Positions 52,577 to 62,656 of a DNA stretch of 64,000 bases are shown piece by piece; positions within the stretch are counted from its first letter, which is position 1, and each line of letters starts with the position of its first letter. The position numbers and the translations under genes were made by a program. The stretch comes from an uncultured Chloroflexia bacterium (lineage in GTDB: Bacteria; Chloroflexota; Anaerolineae; Anaerolineales; UBA4823): positions 483 to 64,482 of the forward strand of contig CAVUTH010000004.1 of assembly GCA_963744375.1 (NCBI GenBank), written 5' to 3'. The notes under the pieces are model-generated. The model had not been told where the DNA came from. It did no database searches and saw only the letters and a list, made by a program, of their open reading frames with translations.

Positions 52577-53135
52577 TTATGCTGTCGCCAGGGCCTGCAG
52601 GCTGCGGGTAGCATCCAGTTTTTCCCAGGGCAGAGGGTCGGAGGTTTCCCACAGGGTGACTTCGGCATCAATGGCTTCTTCTCCGAAGGCCAGGGCGACC
52701 GAGATGCGGTGGTGGCCATCGCGTACGAAGTAGGTCTCGCCAACCTGGATCAGCTCAACAGGAGGCATCGGTGTGCCGTACTGGCGTACGGTGGCGATGC
52801 TCAGCCAGCGGCTCTTGCTGCGCTCGTTCAGTGGGTTGAAGCCGGCGTCGAAATCTTCACTGCGTCCTTCGGTGCCGCGGATCTGGTCGATCAGGACGGA
52901 CTGGATTCCGGCGTAGTGCCGGCTGTGAACCTGGAGTGATTTCTCGATCTCGGCCAGGGTCAGCAGCCGCGGCTGCGCCCGCTCAGGCGCTCCCACAGCC
53001 TGTTCAGCTGGCCTTTCAGGCTGATGCGATTGTAGAGCGAGACCGCCCGGCTGACTTCCGGAGGAGTTCCAGCGCCCTGGTAGCTGCCGGTCAGGGAGAA
53101 GTTCTGCTGCATTTTGAAGGTGTTGGTCTCGAACA
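52577..53135 (-). CDS. ParB/sulfiredoxin-like (ParB N-terminal nuclease-fold) domain protein; one frame change as assembled
   Basis: PPVELIQVGETYFVRDGHHRISVALA carries a DGHHR ParB/Srx-type motif. My translation from ATG 53135 (AGGAAAG upstream) reads MFETNTFKMQQNFSLTGSYQGAG...LWERLSGRS. It joins ORF 52577..52996 at ~52975. Confidence 0.6.
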
Positions 53136-53201
53136 TGGCTGCTTTCCTTTGCTGCTGGTCTCTGGTCCGTTGTTTATTCTGCCCCCAGTATAGCGAGGCG
53201 A

Positions 53202-53247
53202 GCGTTTCTCAATCGTTGCTTGAGTGCGTTTCGGAACGCGTTTCGGA
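53202..53247. promoter_or_regulatory. Three copies of GCGTTTC (two as a 10-nt direct repeat GCGTTTCGGA spaced 12 nt) in a divergent intergenic region
   Basis: gcgtttc occurs at 53202-53208, and gcgtttcgga at 53226-53235 and 53238-53247. They lie between the ParB-like (minus) and HtrA-like/LuxR (plus) genes. Confidence 0.3.
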
Positions 53248-53373
53248 GAATCAATTTTTAATGACCTGCCCGAATGTCCAGGGTTGCAGCCACCCGAATG
53301 GGCGATGCGCCACACGCCGGGCTGGGCTATGATAGCCGGCATGGAGGAACGTAAAATGAGTTAAAATAGTGAA

Positions 53374-54270
53374 ATGAACCCGTTGATTGGATTCTCAGAG
53401 ACCCTGGCGGATGCGGTAGAGACCGCTGCCGCTTCGACAGTATTGGTGGATGCCCGGCGGCGTTTTCCGGCCAGCGGCATTGCCTTTGCCCCCGACCTGA
53501 TCCTGACCGCCGATCATGTGGTTGAGCGCGACGAAGATATCCGTATCCTGCTGCCGGATGGCAGCCAGTCTGCCGCGGTGGTAGCCGGGCGCGATCCTGG
53601 CAGCGACCTGGCTGTGCTGCGCCTGCCGCAAGGCAGCCTGCGCCCGGCTCAGCCGGCTGCGCAGCCGGCGCGCATTGGCCAGCTGGTCCTGGCGCTCGGG
53701 CGTCCCTCGCCGGATGGCATGCAGGCCAGCCTGGGTGTGATCAGCGCGCTGAACGGCCCGGTGCGCACCGGGAGAGGCGGCCTGCTGGAAAGCTACCTGC
53801 GCACGGATGCCACGCCTTACCCCGGCTTTTCGGGCGGCCCGCTGATCGACGCCGCCGGGCGTATCCTGGGGATCAACACCTCCGGGCTGGCCCAGGGGAT
53901 GTCGCTGACCATCCCGGTCGCGCTTGCCTGGGAGACGGCAGCTACCCTGGCACAGCACGGTCATGTGCGGCGCGGCTACCTGGGGATTCGCAGCCAGCCG
54001 GTGGCCATTCCCTCCGCCCAGCAGCAATCTCTCGGGCGCGAGCAGGCCAGCGGGCTGCTGCTGGTGGGTGTGGAAGATGACGGTCCGGCGGCGCAGGCCG
54101 GCCTGCTGGTGGGGGATATCCTGGTGGGGTTGGCCGGGGCGCCGGTCACCGATCCAGACGACCTGCTGACTCGCCTGGTTGGCGCCATGGTTGGGCAATC
54201 CACCCAGCTGCAGGTGCTGCGCGGCGGCCAGCCGGTGGACTTCGCCGTTATAATAGGTGAGCGAAAGTAA
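53374..54270 (+). CDS. HtrA/DegP-like S1C serine protease with one PDZ domain, no signal peptide
   Basis: The catalytic triad context is LILTADHVV, SDLAVLRL and PGFSGGPLIDAAGRILGINT. The PDZ domain reads GLLLVGVEDDGPAAQAGLLVGDILVGLAG. Confidence 0.85.
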   Translation: MNPLIGFSETLADAVETAAASTVLVDARRRFPASGIAFAPDLILTADHVVERDEDIRILLPDGSQSAAVVAGRDPGSDLAVLRLPQGSLRPAQPAAQPARIGQLVLALGRPSPDGMQASLGVISALNGPVRTGRGGLLESYLRTDATPYPGFSGGPLIDAAGRILGINTSGLAQGMSLTIPVALAWETAATLAQHGHVRRGYLGIRSQPVAIPSAQQQSLGREQASGLLLVGVEDDGPAAQAGLLVGDILVGLAGAPVTDPDDLLTRLVGAMVGQSTQLQVLRGGQPVDFAVIIGERK

Positions 54271-54285
54271 GCAACCTTTGATAGG

Positions 54286-54937
54286 ATGCATGTGATTCGA
54301 ATTGCCGTGGTTTCCTCGTTGCCGGCGATGCGGGCGGGGCTGCGCCTGATGCTCTCCGGTGACGGGGAACTGCAGGTCACAGCGGAAGCCGTCAGCCTGG
54401 AGGCGCTGGAAGTCTTTCCTCCGCCTCTGGATATCTTGCTGCTGACCGGTGAGGTGTTCTCTACCTCCGGCATGCACCGGCTGCTTTCCCAGGTCAACCC
54501 GGATATGGGAGCGGATGGCGAGCTGGCTGTGCTGGTGCTGGCTCAGGATGGCCGCATGCGGCGGGATCCTGGAGAAGCTGCCGCTGCACGCCTGGGGCCT
54601 GCTGAGCCAGGATGCCACCGCCGAAGAGCTGGCCGCCGGCATGCGCGCCCTAGCGCAGGGGCTGTGGGTTGCCGATCCGCTGCTAATGAAAGCCGGCCTG
54701 CCGCTGCTTTTGGCAGAAGATGGCGAAGATGGTCCTGGAGAGCCACTGACCGAGCGCGAGAGCCAGGTGCTGCAGCTGCTGGCGCGTGGCCTGGCCAATA
54801 AGCAGATCGCCTCCGTGCTGGGCATCAGTGAACACACCGTAAAGTTCCATGTCTCCTCAATCTATTCTCGGCTGGGAGTGACCAACCGGGCGGAAGCCGT
54901 GCGGCGCGGCATCCAGCAGGGCAGGGTAGTGCTGTAA
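54286..54937 (+). CDS. LuxR/NarL-family response-regulator-like protein with degenerate (pseudo-)receiver; one frame change as assembled
   Basis: The C-terminal HTH is LTERESQVLQLLARGLANKQIASVLGISEHTVKFHVSSIYSRLGV. The receiver-like N-terminus lacks the acidic pocket (see finding). ORFs 54286..54801 and 54449..54937 join at ~54560. Confidence 0.8.
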
Positions 54938-54940
54938 ATA

Positions 54941-54978
54941 AAAACGGGTTGGGCCAATCACTGGCTCAACCCGTTTTC
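54941..54978. terminator. Bidirectional terminator hairpin between convergent LuxR and propeller genes
   Basis: A ~13-bp stem aacgggttgggcc (54943-54955) / ggctcaacccgtt (54963-54975) is flanked by aaaa and ttt. Confidence 0.7.
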
Positions 54979-54992
54979 GTGAACACGATGGG

Positions 54993-57417
54993 TTACGGCT
55001 TAACGATGTACGGGATGAAGACCCACGGATAAACTCCGTTCAGGGTGGCAAACTTCAAGGCCGCATTGGTGTAATCGTAGTAGCTGATGCCCACCTGGCC
55101 GTTGCTGGTGATAGCCAGGGAGGAGAACATGCCGACGTTGCCGGTGTCATCGATCGCGATTGGGTCGACGGCCCAGATGCCGCCGGTGTAGGTGGCATAC
55201 TTCAGGTCGCCGTTGGTGACATCGTAGTAGCTCAGGTGCCCCATGCCGGTTTTATCGAGGGTCAGCGAGGTATACTGCCCGACATCAACTGCTGGCAGGC
55301 TGCCATCGATAATCTGCCCGGCAGTCCAGATGTTGCCGTTCTTCTGGGCAAACAGCAGGTTGCCATTGGTTTCATCGTAGTAAGTGACGTACAGCGTGTT
55401 GGGGTCGTACACAACCAGTGACGAGTATTTGCCAACAGCAGCTGCCGGATTGTCCACAAACTCGGTCGTCCAGGCGTCGATGGGGGTTTTGAAGGCATGC
55501 TTGAGAGCGTCATTGCCGTCGTCGTAATAGGTGATGTGCGGCTTATCGCTGCTATCCAGTGCCAGCGAGGCGTACTGGCCGACATCGCCCGCCGAGTCCA
55601 GCGCCGGCTGGAGCGCCCAAACAAAGACCTTATTGTTGGTATCCCAGTTCGCATAAGCATACTGCAGCTCATTGCTGGTTTCATCGTAGTAGGCTACGTG
55701 CGGGCGGTTCTGGCTGTCGATAGCCAGGGAGACATACTTCCCGACGTCGTTTGTGCTGTTATCGACAGTCTGGTACCTCCAGGCGCCGGCATAATAGTGG
55801 GCGAACTGCAGGTTGCCGTTGGCCAGATCGTAGTAAGCCACGTAAGGCTCATTCAGGCTGTTGAACTTGGCTGAGGAGAAAGGTCCCATGTTGCCGGGAC
55901 CATCCAGGATGCCCTTATTCCAATTTCCATTCCAGCCAAAGGCGATCTTGATGTCGTCTTTGGTCTCGTCGAAATAGGTGATCATCCCGGAGTTGAGCTT
56001 GTTGGTGGCCAGGGAAGTGTTGAAACCCACCTCGGCGGAGAAGTCGATGATCTTGGGGTTGCTCCAGGTGCTGCCGGAGGAGGACATATACTCGAACTGT
56101 CCCTTTGAGATGTCCATGTAGGTGAGCCCGACATTGTTGCCGTGCGTGTCAAGGGAGGTGTAACGTCCCACGTCACCCTGGTTGGCCAGGGTCGAGATGG
56201 AGAAGCTGCCGCCCGAGCTCTTCTTGGCCAGTTTCAGGCTTCCACCGCCGATATCATAGTAGCTGATATAGATGGTGTTATTGTCGGTGATGGCGATCGA
56301 AGTATCCCAGCCCACCTGGCCCGGAGTTGATATCCAGGTCCAGTGTGGTCCAGTTGCCGCTGTTGTTGATGGTAGCATAGCGCAGGAAATCGAGCGAGAA
56401 GCTCGGCGGCGACCCGTTATACAGGTAGCTGATATGCGGCTTGTTGTTGCTGTCGTAGGCCAGCGAGGTGAAGAAGCCGACCGAATCGACATCCAGTGGA
56501 TCCCCTGTGTCCACCGTTTTGGTATGCCAGTTGCCATCGTACCAGGCGTACTTCAAGTCATCATACTTTTCGTCGGTGTAGCTGATGCCAGGGTTGTTCT
56601 GGCTGTCCAGGGCGATGGCCGGCCAGGACCAGGATTCCATCGATTGGTCTTTCAACTCGACAGTGTCGAATGTCCAGGTGGCGCCATCGAAGGCAGCATA
56701 TTTCAGAGCAACCATCTCATCGTCGATATAGGCGATATGCACTTTGTTATCGGTGCCCACGGCGACCGTCGAGTACTTGCCGACCGTCGCAGCGGTGGGC
56801 AGCTCGGGTTCCTGGCTGTCGAAGAAGCCCTCCGGCAGCAGGGATTCCAGATAGCGGCGTGCTTGAGATTCCCGGCGCACTTGCAGAGCGGACGGGGAAC
56901 CTAAGGGCTCCATCACGGTGGGGGCGTTCCCGTCGCCGGGTGCGTCGACCACGCTGATGATCCAGCTGCCGCCGACTTTATAGGCAAATTTCAGTGAGTT
57001 GTTGGCGGCATCGTAATAGCTGATGCGCGGGCTGTCGCCGGTGCTGAAGGCCAGGGAAGCCCACTGCCCAACCTCATTGCTGGAATCGACAATTTCGCGA
57101 TTCCACACATTCAGGTTGCTGTCGTAGCAGCTGTAGTACAGGTGGTCGGCCCCATAGGCCACGCAGGGTACACCCTGGCTGGTAAAGCGCAGGCTGCGGG
57201 TGCTCATGTTGTAGAACAGGGCCGGGTCATCCAGCGTGTAGATCGTCCAATTGGGGTTCGCGCTGGGGGTTTCCGGTTCTTGTGCGGCAGTTGGCGTGCT
57301 GGTCCTCGGAGATGCCGCCAGTCCAAAGACGACCAGCAGCGTGAGCAACGCCAGTGCGATGGGCTGCAGCCGCCGTGGTTGCCGGACGGCCTGCCCGAGA
57401 TTGAAAGTTCGTTTCAT
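54993..57417 (-). CDS. Secreted protein with 14 tandem ~45-aa 'VG.Y.SLA.D....PHI.YYD.....LKYA' repeats (probable double 7-bladed beta-propeller); one frame change as assembled
   Basis: Signal peptide is MKRTFNLGQAVRQPRRLQPIALALLTLLVVFGLAASP. Example repeats are VGKYVSLAIDSQNRPHVAYYDETSNELQYAY, VGQYASLALDSSDKPHITYYDDGNDALKHAF and VGQYTSLTLDKTGMGHLSYYDVTNGDLKYAT. ORFs 56278..57417 and 54993..56537 join at ~56325. Confidence 0.75.
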
Positions 57418-57467
57418 TTCGATCTCCTTTCTAGGAAAAGTATAGCATGGATTCCCCGCCCATTATT

Positions 57468-58731
57468 CTACGGATTCGCGTAGGCGTAGTCCAGGGCGTA
57501 TTGGGCATCCACATAATTTGGGTTTTCTTGCAAGGCTTGCTGAAAATCGGTGATGGCTTCCGTCAGCTTCCCCTGGCGGTAGTACGCCCAGCCGCGCCAT
57601 AGCAAGGCCTCTTCGGAGTTTTTGGTGCGTTGCAGGGCATAGTCGATCAGGCTCAACAGATTTTCGGTCTGACCGCTATGGAAGAAGGCAATGAACGGGC
57701 CAAACTGATAGCGCAGGAAACGCTGCGGCAGCTCAAGCGCCAGGGCCTTGTCGTAGGCGTCGCTGGCTTCCAGATAGCGGTCGAAGTAGACCAGGTTGGT
57801 GCCCAGGTTGAACCATGGGATAGGGATTCTCGGGATCCACGCGGGTTTCTTCTTCCGCTGCCAGCAAGGCATACGTGCGGTTGTAGTCTTTATCCCAGTG
57901 CGGTCCCATGATTGATTTGACAGTCTCTTCTTTATCAGGCGGGTAAATCAGGATGTAGACCCGGTTGAAAGCCTGCCACAATTCATCCAGCTTGTCGTAG
58001 GGTATTTTCTGATCGGGGCCTATGAAGCTATCCTGACCAGTGAATGTTTTTGTGGCGTCGTCGTAAGCGGTGAGCAGCTGGTAGTGAGCCGCCCAGCGGT
58101 CATCGTTGGGCCAATAAGACTGGTCGAGGATGAAACCTTCTTCGATCATCACCGGAATGCCGGCCGCCAGGAATTTTTTCAACATCTCGACGTCCCCACC
58201 CACGCGATACTCAATGTTCAGCCAGCCTACACGGTTGCGGACGAAATACTCCAGCTCTTCAACGTTGACGTTGCGGTCTTCTTCTCTGGGTTTCACCAGC
58301 TCGGCGATGGTGGTCTGGTCGCCCTCCCAGCCGTAATAGCGCAGGTACATGGCCAGGCTGGTTGGGCCGCAGTTGTTCGGCGCCTGCTTCTCCCACTTGG
58401 GGGGCGTCAGAGAGATGCTCTGCGGGATAGGCGTGGGCGAGAGGGTCGGCGTAGGCGTGACCGCCGGTGTCGGAGTCGGGCTTTCTGTCGCGGCAGCCAT
58501 GGCGATCGCCAGTGGTGTCTGGGTAGGCTGGCGCGTCACCACCACCTGCGGGCGCGGCAGAGGCGTAGGCATATTACCTACCGGATCAAGGATATTATGC
58601 AGATAAACCAGGGCAAAATCGACTCGCCAGGCGAGGCGGCGCTGCACGGGTGGAAGCTGGTAAAGTGCCAGGGCGAGCAGGATAAGTCCCAACCCTGCCA
58701 GCAAGATCTTCCAGGTTGTCAACTTGCGCAT
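57468..58731 (-). CDS. Membrane-anchored C39-like (Peptidase_C39_2-type) cysteine peptidase domain + TPR protein; one frame change as assembled
   Basis: The start is ATG 58731 (MRKLTTWKILLAGLGLILLALALYQL, a TM helix), followed by a Pro/Thr linker. QAPNNCGPTSLAMYLRYYGW is the catalytic-Cys context and AAHYQLLTAYDD the His context. The TPR end lies in ORF 57468..57872 (WRGWAYYRQGKLTEAITDFQQALQENPNY). The join is at ~57860. Confidence 0.7.
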
Positions 58732-58954
58732 GGGCGCAATTTTATCACCATTAAATAAGCGTTTGATGAGCCCGAGATCGACCGCGGATCCTGCAGGAGA
58801 TCGCTGCAGGACTTCGCCGCCGACCGACGACGGCCAGGTGCCTGGTTGATCTGGCCGATGCCGGGCGGCGCTGTCCTCCGTCTTCGGTCTTCCGTCTTCT
58901 GCAAGTGGTACAATTCCAGCACTACTACTCTGCCCGTAACCCGAAACCACCTTC

Positions 58955-60205
58955 ATGCTGATCCATTCTGCCTCACAACTGCTTACCCTGCAAGGCGGAC
59001 CCCAGGCGGGGGCGGCTCTTGGCCGCCTGGGGATTATCCCGGACGGGGCGGTGCTCATCGAAGACGGCCGCATTGCCGCGCTGGGAACGACCGCCGAGCT
59101 GCGCCAAGCCTATCCCCACGCACCGACGCTGGATGCCGGGGGCCGGGTGGTCATGCCGGGTTTCGTGGATCCACACACGCATGCCATCTGGGGCGGGCAC
59201 CGCGCCGCGGAATTTGAGATGCGCCTGCAAGGCAAAACCTACCTGGATATCCTGGCAGCCGGCGGCGGGATTCTTTCCACTGTGCGCCACACGCGCCACA
59301 GCTCGCTGGAGCGCCTGCTGGCCGAAACCCGGCCGCGCCTGTGGAGCATGTTCACCTATGGCACCACCACCGCCGAAGCCAAGACCGGCTACGGGCTGCG
59401 CACCGCCACCGAGCTGCGCATGCTGCAGGCGCTGCTGGCTCTGGATGCCGAAGGCCCGCTGGAGATTGTGCCTACTTTCCTGGGGGCGCACGCCATCGCC
59501 CCCGAATACAAAGACCGCCCGGATGAATATACCGATCTGCTGTGCGGCACCATGCTCCCCATCCTTAAGGAATGGTGGCCGCATCACGCGCCCTACCACC
59601 CCATGCCTTTTGTGGATGTGTTCTGCGAAACGGGCGCTTTTTCCCTGGAACAGTCGCGCCGCATTTTGACCCAGGCCAGGAGTTTTGGTTTCCCTTTGAA
59701 AATCCACGCTGACGAGTTTGACAATCTGGGTGGGGTTACGCTGGCTGTTGAGTTGGGGGCAGCCTCGGCCGATCACCTGGTAGCAACCTGTGCGGAGGAT
59801 ATCGAGGCTTTGGGTCACAGTCGGACGGTAGCCGTGGCGCTGCCCTGCACACCCTTTGGTTTGGCACAGGCGCACTACACACCTGCTCGGGAGATCCTGG
59901 AAGCGGGCGGCTTACTGGCGATTGCCACCGACCTGAACCCCGGCACTGCCTGGTGCGAAAGCATGCAGTTTTCCATCGCCCTGGCCTGCCGCTACCTGCG
60001 CCTGACGCCTGCCGAGGCGATTGCGGCTGCCACGATCAACGCCGCCGCCGCCATCGACCGCGCCGCTCAGATCGGCTCCATTGAGATCGGTAAACAGGCC
60101 GACCTGCTGATCCTGTCCGTTTCGGATTACCGCCACCTGGGCTACCGCTTTGGCACCAACCTGGTGCAGACCGTGATCAAGAAGGGCAGGATCTACCCGG
60201 TCTGA
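58955..60205 (+). CDS. hutI: Imidazolonepropionase
   Basis: A 416-aa amidohydrolase with MPGFVDPHTHAIWGG (HxH), KIHADEF and ATDLNPG motifs. The overall HutI layout is present. Confidence 0.9.
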   Translation: MLIHSASQLLTLQGGPQAGAALGRLGIIPDGAVLIEDGRIAALGTTAELRQAYPHAPTLDAGGRVVMPGFVDPHTHAIWGGHRAAEFEMRLQGKTYLDILAAGGGILSTVRHTRHSSLERLLAETRPRLWSMFTYGTTTAEAKTGYGLRTATELRMLQALLALDAEGPLEIVPTFLGAHAIAPEYKDRPDEYTDLLCGTMLPILKEWWPHHAPYHPMPFVDVFCETGAFSLEQSRRILTQARSFGFPLKIHADEFDNLGGVTLAVELGAASADHLVATCAEDIEALGHSRTVAVALPCTPFGLAQAHYTPAREILEAGGLLAIATDLNPGTAWCESMQFSIALACRYLRLTPAEAIAAATINAAAAIDRAAQIGSIEIGKQADLLILSVSDYRHLGYRFGTNLVQTVIKKGRIYPV

Positions 60206-60225
60206 TCCCGGAGTCCTGCTGGATT

Positions 60226-60871
60226 ATGCCAACACCGGAAGAAGCGCGCCACTGGTATCCGCAAGACCCCGTGCACGGATTCGATCACGTGCTGCGGGTT
60301 TACCTGATCGCCGGCCGCCTGGCCCGCGAGGAAGGCGCCGAACTGGAGATCGTGCAGGCGGCTGTGCTACTGCACGATGTGGAACCGCCGGAAGACGTCT
60401 CTTCGGCGCCTGGGGCCAACCGTCCCCAGCACCACCAGGCTGCAGCCCGCTTCGCCGGGGAAATCCTGCGCGCGGGAGGGCTGGCCGGAAGAGCGCATCG
60501 CAGCCGTACAGCATGCCATCCGCGCCCACCGCTTTCGTGACGACGCCGAGCAGCCGCAAACCCTGGAGGCGATGATCCTGTTCGACGCCGACAAGCTGGA
60601 TGCCATCGGGGCAATTGGCGTTGCCCGGGCGGTGGCTTATGCCGCGCAGCACGACCAGCCTGCCTACGCCGAACCGTCGCTGCGTTTCCGGCAGACCGGG
60701 CAGCTGGAGCCCGGCGAGAGCCACAGCGCCTATCATGAATTTGTCTTCAAGCTCAGCAAGCTGAAAGGCCGCCTGTACACTGCCGGCGGCAAACGCCTGG
60801 CGGAGGAACGACACCGCCGCATGAGCGAGTATTTCGAGCACCTGGCTGCCGAAACGGGCGGCGAATTTTAA
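60226..60871 (+). CDS. HD-domain phosphohydrolase; one frame change as assembled
   Basis: Contains HGFDHVLRVY...AVLLHDV (the H...HD motif) and ILFDADKLDAIGAIGVARA. ORFs 60226..60540 and 60377..60871 join at ~60475. Confidence 0.75.
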
Positions 60872-60892
60872 CCTAAGGAAATTTAATTTATC

Positions 60893-61711
60893 ATGACACC
60901 TGAATTAGTTGATATCGAATCCCTGGCCCGCCAGGCTGGGGAGATTTTGAAGGCCGGTTATACCCAACGACCTACCATGCAGGCGGACATGCAGGTTCGC
61001 TATAAAGGGGTGATAGACCTGGTGACCGAGTTCGATCACCGCTCCGAAGAGTTCCTGGTCGGCGAGCTCCGCCGCCGCTTTCCGCAGCACAGCCTGGTGA
61101 CCGAGGAGAGCGGCGATCATGCCGGCGATGAGCACCGGGTGTGGTACATCGACCCGCTGGACGGCACGGTGAACTATGCCCACGGCGTGCCGATCTTCGC
61201 CGTCTCGATTGCCTATGAGGAAGAGGGTGAGCTGCGCCTGGGTGTGGTTTACGATCCGATAAGGGACGAGTGCTTCTCTGCCGAGCGCGGTAAAGGCGCA
61301 TTCCTAAACGGTCTGCCGATCCGCGCCGTCTCGGCGACAGACCTGGATCGCAGCCTGCTGGTTACCGGTTTCTCTTACGACCTGCGCACCACCACCCACA
61401 ACAACCTGGAGCAATATGCCCACATGGCTCTGATCTCTCAGGGTGTGCGGCGCCTGGGTTCGGCCGCCCTGGACCTATCCTATATCGCCAGCGGGCGGCT
61501 GGACGGGTATTGGGAGCTGAGTCTGCAGCCCTGGGACCTGGCTGCCGGGGCGCTGATTGCTGCCGAAGCAGGGGCGACGGTGACCGACATGGATGGAGAC
61601 ACGCAGCTGATGCACCCGCCGTACTCGGTGCTGGCGGCTAACGCCCCGCTGCATGCCCAGATGCTGGCGGAGTTTACGTTACTGGAGAAAAAGAAGAAAG
61701 TACCTGCATAG
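60893..61711 (+). CDS. Inositol monophosphatase family protein (SuhB-like)
   Basis: Contains VTEESG, WYIDPLDGTVNYAHG and WDLAAGALIA motifs. The protein is 272 aa. Confidence 0.85.
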   Translation: MTPELVDIESLARQAGEILKAGYTQRPTMQADMQVRYKGVIDLVTEFDHRSEEFLVGELRRRFPQHSLVTEESGDHAGDEHRVWYIDPLDGTVNYAHGVPIFAVSIAYEEEGELRLGVVYDPIRDECFSAERGKGAFLNGLPIRAVSATDLDRSLLVTGFSYDLRTTTHNNLEQYAHMALISQGVRRLGSAALDLSYIASGRLDGYWELSLQPWDLAAGALIAAEAGATVTDMDGDTQLMHPPYSVLAANAPLHAQMLAEFTLLEKKKKVPA

Positions 61712-61762
61712 AGAGCAGGCAGCCACGTAGGGCGGAATTCCATTTCCCCCAGGTTTGGCGTG

Positions 61763-62569
61763 TTATCCGGAGCGCAGTACCCGCTCTAATGCACCCAGCT
61801 CGATGCGCGAGGTCATGTCCAGGCTGAGGGGCGTCACCGAGACGGCCCGCCGCACGCGTAAGGCGTACACGTCACTGTTTGGGTCGTCCTGTTCGGGCAC
61901 GCCCACCATCTGGTAGCCGACTGCTCCAGGGATATCCCAGGATGCACGATTGGGGGCCACCGGGGCGTAGTAAGGCTTGAGCGACAGCCGGGTGACTTGC
62001 CAGGGGGTGGTTCGATCAGCATCCACGGGCACGTCTACCTTGAGCACCGAGACATCCGGCGGAAGCTGCCGGCCCAGCAACAGCCGGCCAAAGTAGCTCG
62101 TGAAATAGCCCGCCGCGGCAAAATCGACTTCGGGGGAGAGCGACAGGTGATGGCCGATGTCCGTCTCGAGTGAGATGGCCAGCGCCGGCAAGCCGAAGGC
62201 GGAACCTTCCAGGGCGGCGCCCACCGTGCCGGAGATGGTCACACCGGTGCCGACGTTTTCGCCGTAGTTGATCCCCGAGACGACCAGATCGGGGGTGCGC
62301 GGCAGGATTTCCAGGATGCCGTGCTGCACCGCTTGCGCGGGCGTGCCACCCACGGCGTACACCGTCCACGGCTTGCCGTGCACGGTCACCTGGTGCTCCT
62401 GGATGATGCCATCCGAGCTGGCGGGCATGCTGCGACCGGTGCCGGAGGCCTGCTGGCGTGGGGCAACGACGTGCACGAAGCCCAGCTCGGAGAGCGCCTC
62501 GGCCGCCGCCCATAACCCGGGCGACACAATGCCATCATCATTGGTAAGCAGGATTTCAATCGATTCCAT
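61763..62569 (-). CDS. surE: 5'/3'-nucleotidase SurE
   Basis: The start MESIEILLTNDDGIVSPGLWAAAEAL is at ATG 62569. The longer track ORF (to 62698) runs into the tRNA gene and is rejected. Confidence 0.9.
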   Translation of the reverse strand: MESIEILLTNDDGIVSPGLWAAAEALSELGFVHVVAPRQQASGTGRSMPASSDGIIQEHQVTVHGKPWTVYAVGGTPAQAVQHGILEILPRTPDLVVSGINYGENVGTGVTISGTVGAALEGSAFGLPALAISLETDIGHHLSLSPEVDFAAAGYFTSYFGRLLLGRQLPPDVSVLKVDVPVDADRTTPWQVTRLSLKPYYAPVAPNRASWDIPGAVGYQMVGVPEQDDPNSDVYALRVRRAVSVTPLSLDMTSRIELGALERVLRSG

Positions 62570-62656
62570 TTTTGGTACAACCCCGCCGGGTGTTTCTGAA
62601 TAAGAAGAACTTGCCTGGCGGCGTAACCCAGGCAAGTTCGTTCCCGAAAAGGGGAG

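Noticed and set aside
53395-54837. A 480-aa minus-strand ORF spanning the HtrA-like and LuxR genes.
   Set aside because: It is antisense to two well-supported plus-strand genes. Its composition is Arg/Gln/Gly/His/Pro-rich low complexity with no recognisable motifs. Long stop-free antisense frames are expected at this GC content.
58955-60205. A histidine-utilisation (hut) operon around hutI.
   Set aside because: Only hutI is present. No hutH, hutU, hutG or hutF is in the window, so no operon claim is made.
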